NCBI RefSeq assembly: GCF_964194155.1
Contig: NC_135903.1
Coordinates: 34,100,001 to 34,164,000, forward strand
Source of the DNA: Cetorhinus maximus
Lineage: Eukaryota
Length of the DNA stretch: 64,000 bases
Reading direction: 5' to 3'
Both the position numbers and the translations under genes were made by a program. This document shows, in pieces, positions 1 to 9,100 of this stretch. Position 1 is the stretch's first letter. Each line of letters begins with the position of its first letter. The notes under the pieces were generated by a model. It saw only the letters and a list, made by a program, of their open reading frames with translations, searched no databases and had not been told where the DNA came from.

Positions 1-730
1 GGTGGCCAACTTTTCAATCTATTTCAGCCACTGTAATTTATTGATCTTTATTATTGTGATGTCTTCATGTAATGAAATGTTACATGTTATTTAATGTGTA
101 ATGTGAATTTTTAATGATAGTTTATTTATTGATATTTATCAAGAGTTGGAGAAGAGCTAAATATTTTTGTAACTGGTAAATTTTATACACAATGAAAGCC
201 TTTGCTAAAATAAATTGTTTTCAATATTACGCATTGACTGGAATGATGTTCATTTTTCAATTCTGTCGGTTGGCTTTCCATACTCAGTATAAATGCTCTG
301 GATTTTCCCACCTGCTGCCTCGTCCTGTCAGCCCTTCTCTGTTCTGCTCTCCTTTCTGCACAATCAGGTTTTCCCTCACCCGTTGGAACTGTGAACGTAT
401 TGTGAACCGAACTGCCCTGATTTATCATCTTTTACCCCTCTGCTTCTCAACGCCACATTCCAGCTCCAAAGGAGAGAGCACTGAGCATGATGTTCAGGAG
501 GCAAATGGAAAATAGAGGCATAAATTAGAAATGGCCAGATGGAGAAATGGAATGGGTGGACATAGAAGATGACTGAAGTGTCAGCCTGTGTGAATATATG
601 TGGACATCAGACAATGGGGTTGAGAGTGACATCAGGCAATTAGTAGGAAGGAGAATGAGTGGAGAGTGGGGATGAAAATCTTTTATTTCGCACGGTTGTT
701 TACACCTACTGAAAATCTGTATGATAAATA
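1..730 (+). other. 3' UTR tail/3' flank of a further subtype-A IFN unit lying upstream of the window
   Basis: Colinear with 10638-11360, 37626-38350, 44262-44990 and 53728-54455, which all follow IFN stop codons; ATTTA motifs and AATAAA at 209-214. Confidence 0.8.
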
Positions 731-739
731 CTGTCTGCA

Positions 740-1480
740 TTACATTAGAACAGAAGAAAAAAGGCCATCCAAGCCTGCTCCACCATTCAATAAGATAACG
801 ACTGATTTGATCGTGGCCTTAAATCCACTCCCCTGCCTGCCACCTATAACCTTTGACTTCTTTGTTGATCAATCCCATCTAACTCAGACTTGAATATATT
901 CAATAACACAACCTCCACTGTTCTCTGAGGTGGAGATTTAAAAGATTAATGACACTCGGGGCAAAAGAAATCCTCCTCATCGCCGTCTCACGTGCAGTTG
1001 CTGCATATTGAAACCTTGGCCCTAGTTACAGCCTCCCCAAGAGAGGAACCACCTCAACATCCACCCGGTCAAATCTCCTCACAATCTTAAATGAATTAAT
1101 GACATCACCTCTCATTCTTCAAAACTCAAAGGAGTATAGGCTCAACCTGGTTAAGATTGCTTCATAAACCAACTTCTCTTTCCAGGAATCAACCTGGTGA
1201 ACCCTCTCTGAAGTGTCTCCAATGCAAGTTAATCCCTGCTTAAATAAGGAGACCAAAGCTGTACATAGTACTCCAGGCCTGGTCTCACAAATGGCCTGTA
1301 GAGTTGAAGCAAAACTTCCCTACTTGTATTCTTCATCCTCTTTGCAATAAAGGACAACATACCATTTACTTTTCCAATTCTTTGCTCGACCTGTTTGCTA
1401 AATTTTCATTGCTCATTTCTAAGGACACCCAGGTCCCTCTGCACTGATAGATTCTGTGTTCTTTCTCCATTTAAAAAACA
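740..1480 (-). mobile_element. CR1-type LINE 3' fragment, duplicated with each A-type IFN 3' flank
   Basis: Degenerate CR1 RT C-terminus on the minus strand (RPGLEYYVQLWSPYL-like; QRRFTRLIP-like) with a short-repeat tail. Paralogous copies at about 11370-12150, 28868-29660, 38365-39135, 45000-45755, 54465-55230. Confidence 0.8.
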
Positions 1481-1899
1481 TTCTGACTTTCTGCTGGGCA
1501 CAACAAAGGCTAACTTGTGTCCTACATTACCATAGTCACTTTATATCAAAAGTACTTTATAAGCTGCTGAGTGCTTTGAGACACCTGTGGTCAGGAAGGG
1601 CACAATGTGAATGCAAGCCTGTTTTGAAAAAAATATCATAGAGAAATCTGGACCGACACACAAAACTGCCCTCACTCCAGGGTGAATTTATCAGCAGTGC
1701 AGTTGTTTACAGGCCTTCCAAAGGGCCCCAAAAAATAAACCGGATGATTTGGGTTTGAGCACAGCAACAGACATGTGTTAAAAGGTTTGCAAAGCAACTT
1801 TATTAAGTTACAAAGACAATAAATATTGCATTCCAATTCCAAAAAAGTGGGGATGAACCAACCTAATTTCCATCACCATTAATTTCTACAAAACAGCAA

Positions 1900-2145
1900 A
1901 GGTTGCTTCCCATTCAAGGGACAAGCATACTGACTTGGAACTATTTACCATTTCTTCACTGTTACTGGCTAACACTCCTGGAAAACCCATCCCAACACCC
2001 CTGTAAATTCACCTACACCACATGAACGGCAGCAGTTCAGGGGTTAAAGGGGGCGGTTAATCGCCACCTTCTGTCGGGTAATTAGGGAGGAGCAACAAAT
2101 TCTGGCCTTTCCAGAGACGCCCACGTCCCATCAAGGAAGAAATGA
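1900..2145 (+). mobile_element. LINE 3' end fragment (CR1/L2 clade) upstream of each P1 module
   Basis: Ends in ...ggcctttccagagacgcccacgtcccatcaaggaagaaa, a tail shared with the SINE at 9322-9700. Other copies at about 12960-13200 plus 21075-21270, 30065-30310, 39555-40010, 46177-46630, 55660-56110. Confidence 0.6.
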
Positions 2146-2559
2146 AGCCAAATTATGCAAAAGTAGCTGTGAATGGGCCGCAGATTTTTGTAAGGTAAAA
2201 ATGCACACGCTCCCGTAGGTCCTTCCTATTTCCTCTAATGTCACTCGCCAGTGTTTTTAATATTCTTCCTTCAGTTCCCTGACTCTCCTTCCGCCTCCGC
2301 CTTCAATAATTACAATTCCCACTGTTCTATTCGCCAATAACAGCATTGTTGTAAATTGTAGTTTCTCTCCAGTCTCCAGTTGGGGAATGTGGGATTCCGC
2401 TCCCACATCCACCCGGACGGTAGATTTTGGTGACACTTCCAGCTGAGAGGGATTTGGTGACATTTCCTATGTACCCGGACATTTACCGAATACCCTAAAG
2501 CTTTTCCCAACTGCCCCTCACCCCTCTCAGTCTGATTCACCCTCTTTACAAACCCTCCT

Positions 2560-3551
2560 CCCTTTCGGAAATGACAAAACACGTCACTTTCCTTCAGACA
2601 CTTTCACTTTGGGCTGAAATTGACACCAGGTTAATTTGCAGAGAGAAAGTGACACGGACACTTCCCGGGAGAGAGACAAGAAAGAAAGGATGAAAGAAAA
2701 GAGAGCGGGATCACTTTTGGACTCAGAATCGGAGCAGATCAAATATTCTTTCAATCCGACTCTGAAAATGGCTCCAGAAAACAACCGAGAAATGAGAAAC
2801 TTCTCCCAGTTAAAGAGCAGATTGTGGGACAGGTCAATCGGAGCGGAGTCTGTCTCCATGAAGCGGTGTCCCTGGGCTGTGAGCCGAGCTGTCTGCAATG
2901 TCCAACCTGTGAAGTGTGAACAGGACAAGCGCCAGGTGAACACACCGCGGGGACACAGTGGATTTCAAAGGGAATCGCTCTTCATGGGGCCCAATGTCAG
3001 CACTAAAAGCCGCCGCACCGGATCACCGCTGTCGCTCTCTCTATAATCCGGATGATAAAATCCAGCCCCCGATACATGTTCACACTGCCCCCAATTCAGA
3101 GCCTCCCTCTACACCACCTTCGTGCCCCAGGTGAGCTGAAGCCACACAACACTGAGCTGGAACCGAGCGCTGCCTGTGATTTTCAACCGGGGATTTTCCA
3201 CTCGCTGCTTCCGGAATCTCCAGCTTTTACATTCCGGACCTCAGAAAGGAAACCGGACAAACTATTGATCTCCCGCAGCTCTTCCAAAAATCCTCGAGCC
3301 CGTTTTCACTTTTCGAATGTAATTCCACACGTTAAAGCCGACAGCATGGCAGTGCCAGTGAGAGCACCGAGCAGACTCCACACTCACACTCACACCGTTC
3401 GGCAGCACAGGCGCTCGCTCCCGGATCACAAGCGGCTCCGATTTGACTTTCCCAGTTTAAATCCGCTCGCAAGAACCGTTTTCGCCGCGGAACCACGAAG
3501 CCGCCGGTTTCTCATCTTTCACATCGGTGTTTCACTCTGGGTCGCTTGATC
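2560..3551 (+). promoter_or_regulatory. IFN promoter module P1 (CpG-rich; CRE, IRF-E/ISRE and NF-kB motifs; TATA-like boxes), copy 1
   Basis: ACGTCA 2581-2586; ACTTTCACTTT 2600-2610 (AAAGTGAAAGT on minus); GAAA-rich tract 2644-2800; TATAAT 3042-3047; GGGGATTTTCC 3189-3199; GAAAGGAAAC 3244-3253; TTTTCACTTTTC 3303-3314; TTTAAAT 3456-3462. Nearly identical in six copies. Confidence 0.75.
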
Positions 3552-3683
3552 ATGGCTTTGGCGAGTATCTGGAGATTTTGGATGATGTTGCTCTTCTTGT
3601 CCGGGACCCTCAGTCTGGGATGTGACAGGCTGCAGTTACAGCAAGTTCTCAACACAGAGACTCTCAGCAAACTGAATGCAATG
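3552..3683 (+). CDS. Distal (duplicate) IFN exon 1: signal peptide + helix A; candidate alternative first exon of IFN-A1
   Basis: MALASIWRFWMMLLFLSGTLSLGCDRLQLQQVLNTETLSKLNAM with intact ATG and phase-0 ATG|GTGAGT donor; no exon 2 of its own before the next exon 1 at 6200. Confidence 0.7.
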
Positions 3684-3989
3684 GTGAGTTGAACCCAAAA
3701 CACCGAGTCGGTAATTATGTTGAGGGTAGAGAGGGAATCAGCCTCCAGGAGAGATTAAATCTGAGTCTGGGCGAAGGTTCAAATGGGATCTGAGAGGAAA
3801 TTGGAAAGCAGACATTGAGGAGGAGGGCACTCAGTGACGGAAGAAGCGGAATGTGACCCTGAAAGGGGAGAGGGGGCAAATCAGAGGCAGCCCATCAGTA
3901 ACAACCATTCAGAATGATAGAGCGACTTTAAGGTCTCAAGGTGCCTCACGGGAATGTTACACAGCAACATTTGTTGTGGTGGGCACAGC

Positions 3990-4910
3990 AAGATTTCAAA
4001 CTTTTCAGATGATATGAAGTTGGAAATGTTGCCGACTGTGACGGGGATGGTGTTGAACTTAAAAAGGACATAGACATGTTGGTGGACTGGGCAGACAAGT
4101 GGCAGATGTAGTTCAATGCAGAGAACTGTGAGGTGATCCGTTTTGGCAGGAAAGGTAAGGAGGGACGGTATAAATTAAAGGGAGTGACTGTACAGTAGGT
4201 ACTGGAACAGAGGAACTTCGGTGTATATACGGATTGGTCAATGAAAATGGCATGGCATGTTGAGAGAGCTGTTAAAAAGCATATAGTAGCTTAGGCTTTA
4301 TTAATAAGGGCATTGAGTGCTAGAGAAAAGAGGTCATGTCGAACTTGTATGAGACTCTAGTTAGGCGTCATTTGGAGTACTGTGTCCAGTTCTTCGCACC
4401 ATTCTTGAGGAAGGATGTGAAGGCATTGGTGAGAGTACAGTGGAGATTCACAAGAATGATTCCCTGGATAATAAACTGTAGCTATGCGGGTGGATTGGAG
4501 AGGTTGGCACTGTTTTGCTTGGAGAAGAGATGGTGGAGATGACACTTGATTGAGGGACTCAAGTCGCTGGGGGGTATGGACAGGGTAAGTAATGAGAAAC
4601 TGTTTCCACTAAAGCGAACATCAATAGTTAGAGGGCACAGGTTCAAAATAGTTGGCAAAAGGAGTAAATGTAATGTGAGGAAAAGTATTTGAACCCAGAA
4701 GGTGGTTGGAGTCTGGGGCAAACTTCCTGAAAGTGTGTTGGGGGCAGGTTCGATCGAGGCATTGAACAGGGAATTGGATTTCTTCCTGAAAAGAGAGAGA
4801 ATGTGCAAGGTTACAAGGATAAGGCAGGGGAGCGCAACTATGTTGAATGCTCTTTCAGAGAAGCAGTGCAGACTCGATGGGCCAAATGGCCTTCTTCTGC
4901 AATGTAAAGA
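3990..4910 (+). mobile_element. CR1 LINE 3' fragment in the spacer between the duplicated first exons
   Basis: FSDD/FADDT, WADKWQM, LYETLVRRHLEYCVQF, VQWRFTRMIP motifs and a CR1 3' UTR; shorter copies at about 32130-32850 and 48470-48970. Confidence 0.85.
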
Positions 4911-4929
4911 CATTGTGACACTGTGGACA

Positions 4930-5600
4930 ATTGATGCCAAGTCACAGGAGAAGATATTAAAGCAGGTGACTAAAAGCTTGGTCAAAGAAGTTGATTTTAA
5001 GGAGCGTTTTAATGGCGAAATAGGGGGAAAGAGTCGGAGAGGTTTAGGTCAGAAATTACTGAGGTTGAGAGTTCGGCAGGCGAAGGGACCGCCCCCAATG
5101 GTGGAATAGTTAAAGTGGGGATTGTGGAGACGGTAGAATTAGAGGAGAGCTGGTATCTCAGAAGGTTGAAAGGCTGGAGGTGATTACAGAGATAGGGAGT
5201 GTTTAGGGCCTGGAGTGATTTGAAAATGAGGATGAGGATTTTAAAGTCAAGCATTTCTTATCCAGGAGACTGACGCTGTGTTTTGTTTGATCTCCCCGAG
5301 GGGCGGCGTGTTGATGAGAAATAGAAAGGGACCAAAGATAGGTCCTTGGGCACACAGAGGCTAAAGGTTGGGGCTGGGTGGGTGATGGTGGAGAAGAGAT
5401 GCTATTCTGGGGGTTTACAGTCTGCATTTAGACAGTGGGAGCCAGGCAGTGTATCCCCAACCAGCAGGCCCATGGTGGAGAAAGTTCAATTCTGATGGTC
5501 TCGTCGACCTTGTCAAAGATTGCGGACAGGGCGAGAAGGAGGAGAATAGTTTACATATGTCACGGGCATATTGAATGTAATTTATTAATTTGACTATCAC
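4930..5600 (-). mobile_element. L2-like LINE fragments
   Basis: Minus-strand DFKILILIFKSLQALNTPYLCNHLQP resembles the L2 ORF2 C-terminus; partial copies near 32870-33250 and 48990-49370. Confidence 0.6.
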
Positions 5601-5639
5601 CTTATGGAGATCTTGTGATGCAATGGGTCGAACCTGCTT

Positions 5640-6199
5640 TCAGGCAGAGAACTCAAGAACACGAACAGCCTTATAATCTAACAATCTAACCAAAGGCCCC
5701 TTTATTGCCCCCTTAATGCGAATCCGTTCAATTTGGAGGAAACATTATATTTTTCCCAAAGCGTTATGAATTATATTGATCCAAATTGTTGGAACGTTGA
5801 CCAGGAACCGAGCGCGGGTTGTGATTTCCTCTCGGCATCTTCCAGTCACTGGTTCAGGAATCTCCAGATTTCAGATTCCTTACCTCAGACAGGGAGCAGA
5901 CAAACTCGTCCTCTCCTGAAATTCTTCCAAATCTCCCGCAACCAGATTTCGCTTTTCGAATGTAATAGCAACATCGCCAGTCCCCCCTCTTCACAACGAC
6001 AGCTCCTCCCAGCACAATTCGCACACACACACACACACACAGGACTGGATGTTCAGGCGGTCGCTCCGGCTTCACAAGCGGCAGCTTTCCCACTCCCGGT
6101 GTTTCATTCGCTTCAGAAGAACCGTTGTTCGAAGTTGAACCCAGATCTGGTCAGTGCATGATCCTCAGGTCGGAGCGATTCACTCTGGGTCGCTTGATC
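5640..6199 (+). promoter_or_regulatory. Diverged promoter module P2, copy 1
   Basis: Colinear but diverged paralog of P1. Shared anchors: TATAATC, GGAACCGAGCGC, GGAATCTCCAG, TTTTCGAATGTAAT, CA tract, TCACAAGCGGC. Keeps ATTTCGCTTTTC 5946-5957 but lacks the NF-kB, GAAAGGAAAC and TTTAAAT motifs. Confidence 0.6.
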
Positions 6200-9100
6200 A
6201 TGGCTTTGGCGAGTATCTGGAGATTTTGGATGGTGTTGCTCTCCTTGTCCGGGACCCTCATTCTGGGATGTGACAGGCTGCAGTTACAGCAAGTTCTCAA
6301 CACAGAGACTCTCAGAAAACTGAATGCAATGGTGAGTTGAACCTGCAGTCAGAGCAGGAGGTGAATCACATTGTGTCCGCTTGCTGTGAAATGTCACATC
6401 AGGGGAAATGTTTTGCGATTTGTCATTTTGTGCAATGAATAGTCTGTGATTCTCCAGTATTTGAGTTTTTGGGGCTGATTGTAACAGTGATTGTTTTCCC
6501 CTCTCAGGGCGGACCCTTTCCCCGACACTGTATAAGACAGAGACTCTCACTGAAAACCAAACCCTTGAACCTGGTGAAACTCTCGAAGGAATTAGAGGTG
6601 AGTGAACACTCAGTTTATTTGATTCACACAGTGCTTTTATACAAAGTAAGATCAACAACCGGATCGGAAACTTCCACATCAGGAATTTGGAATAGAGTGA
6701 TTTGTACCCATTGTGAATGTAGGTGCAGTCTCACTTATTGTATTTCACTCACTATCTCACTCATGAACTATATCACTCTCTCTAACCGCACTCACTACCC
6801 CCTTAACTCCAACTATCTCCCTCCCTGATATTATGTCCCTCCCTCGAACTACCTGTTCTGGGAACCACCGACTGAATCTCACATCTCCTTTTCCTGCAGG
6901 GCCTCTAGATTATTCCGTGCAGACCACTGCCTGCTGGGCCTGTTGTCAAAGGTGTTTCTCTGCTAAGCATTTCTACAGGGGATAGGTGGTGAGTCAGGTT
7001 CCAAAGGCTTCGAGTGTTCGCGACAACAAGGCCAGTCCCATCCTTTGCAACACCGGGGACAGGTTGAAAGTCAGCACTTGCAGTTTGCGTTCCAAGGGTC
7101 CACGCACAGCTTGATGCAGCCGGACACAAATGTAGTCATCAGGATGAGGGCGATGTTGAGTGCGTTTTGTCCTCTGATCATTGACTTCGTGAAAACTTCT
7201 CAACTTTTCTCAACCTAACACCCTATAATTATCTTACTGCCTCTAACCACCTCACTTCCTCTAATCATCTTATTCCCTTTAACAATTTGCCTCCTCGAAA
7301 CATCTCCCTCCTGGGCTGCACTGATTGAATTTGGGGCATTAATCACGCAGGCAGGGTGATTCATAGAATCATAGAATGATCTTGTGCTGAAGGAGACCGA
7401 TTGGGCCGAATGGCCTGTTTCTGTGCCACATTTCCTATCAACTGCCTCGTGGAAAAAATTAGGTTAGTAGGTACGCACTAACCAACATTCATATATTGAA
7501 GAAAAATCACCTTTCCCAAACTTGATTGAGTTATGTGATAATGTAGCCGAGAGTGTTGATACGAATAGTGCGCTGAAACTTCTGATGATGTCATCACACC
7601 TCTGCAGCTCTTTGAATGAATTATTCAAATTATTCCCGCTCTCATCCCCCATTACAATGCAAACTTTTCCTCCGACTATTTATCCAATTCTCTCTTGAAA
7701 GTTATTAATGAATCAGCTTTTGCTATTTTGTCAATAAATCCATACGCACACTTTTAAAAGACTAATCATCACAAGATCCAGCGCACAATCCTCATCAACA
7801 CTCTCGGCTACATTATCACATAACTCAATCAAGTTTGGGAAAGATGATTTTTCTTGAATATACGAATGCTGGCTAGTTCGTACCTACTAACATATTTTTT
7901 TCTAAGTGGCAGTTGATAGGAAATGTGGCACAGAAACAGTCCATTCGTCCCAATCGGTCCATGCCAGTGATTATGCTCCACTCGAGTCTCCTCACATTTA
8001 CTCATCTAAATCTAGCATTGTAACCATTTATTTCCAGCACAGGAGGTTGAGGACACATTTGATAGATGTGCACAAGGTTATGACAGGTTTGAATAAACAA
8101 GACAGGAAAAAAATCTTCCTGTTACCTCGTGGTGCAGGGTCTAGGAGACACAGTTAGTGTCTCGCCCCTCTGCCACTTGTATTCAACTAGCAGCAGGCAG
8201 GGGAGTCACCTAGTGGGAATTCCGAAGAGCAATCCCTGTCAGATTTGCTTCCTGGTTGCCATTAAGGGGTTGAGGGGATGGTGCCCTTCGTTCAACAGCA
8301 GTCAGTGCCTGGTCAAGTAACCCAGCACCAGGAAGATGTCGGGCTGTGGTGAAAGTCACAGGGATTTCCACCTACACCACCACAGCCCTCACCACCGCCC
8401 TCCACCCCCCACCCCCCGCCCCAACCCACCCACCCTGGTATCTTGCTCCTGGTAACCACTTAAGTGCCTAACTGGCACTGAATGCGGCTGGCCTACCATA
8501 AAGAAGGTGAAGCAAGGCTCTCCCTGCCTCCCCAGAGATTACTGTGTCTGAAAGTTTCCCACATCCCAAAATAGATTATCTGGCCTGTAGTTACTGGGTT
8601 TATCCCTCATCCATTTTTGAATGGGATGTAATTACTAGAAATCTTCTGCTCCCCTGCCATCATGTCCCTCATGTCTAAAGAGGACTGGAAGAATGAGGCC
8701 AGAAGCTCTGCTACCTCAATCCTTACTTCGCTCAGCAATCTCAGCTGTATTCCATCCAGACCAGGTGACTTTCCTACCCTGAGCGCTGCCAATATATTAA
8801 GTACCTCCTCTTCATCTCTTTTTATCCTACCCAATTTCTCTACTCGCTCCCCCTTCACTGTGACTTTTGAAGCATCTGCTTGTGAAGTGAAGACAAATTC
8901 CAAGAATTGGTTTAGTTCCTCAGCCATGGCCTTTGAATCCCACAAGAAGATTTCTATTTTGCTCACTAATCATCACAAACAAACATTTATTTACATGCTT
9001 ATTAAAGGTTATTAGCTTCCCTCTTACGTGACCTGCTCATCAATTCTCATGCATTCTGTTTACTCCTCATTTCTTTTGGTAATTTTTCTCCATGTTGTCT

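Noticed and set aside
183-515. Recurrent 80-107 aa ORFs in the 3' flank of every A-type unit
   Set aside because: Starts, stops and frames vary among copies; recurrence is explained by segmental duplication.
5854-6093. Minus-strand ORF in P2 with a kinase-like GxGxFG (KSGCGRFGR) and a GAG|GTAAGG donor at ~5884
   Set aside because: No downstream kinase motifs, stops and a frameshift in the P1 homolog, and the donor is lost in the A2 copy.
6284-6679. 131-aa minus-strand ORF repeated in A-type genes
   Set aside because: Antisense shadow across exon 1-intron 1-exon 2 of near-identical copies, with a non-ATG start; absent in subtype B.
8380-8436. C-rich tract (potential G-quadruplex on minus); similar G-runs at 23110-23165
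   Set aside because: Low-complexity runs within repeat-derived sequence, not conserved among paralogs.
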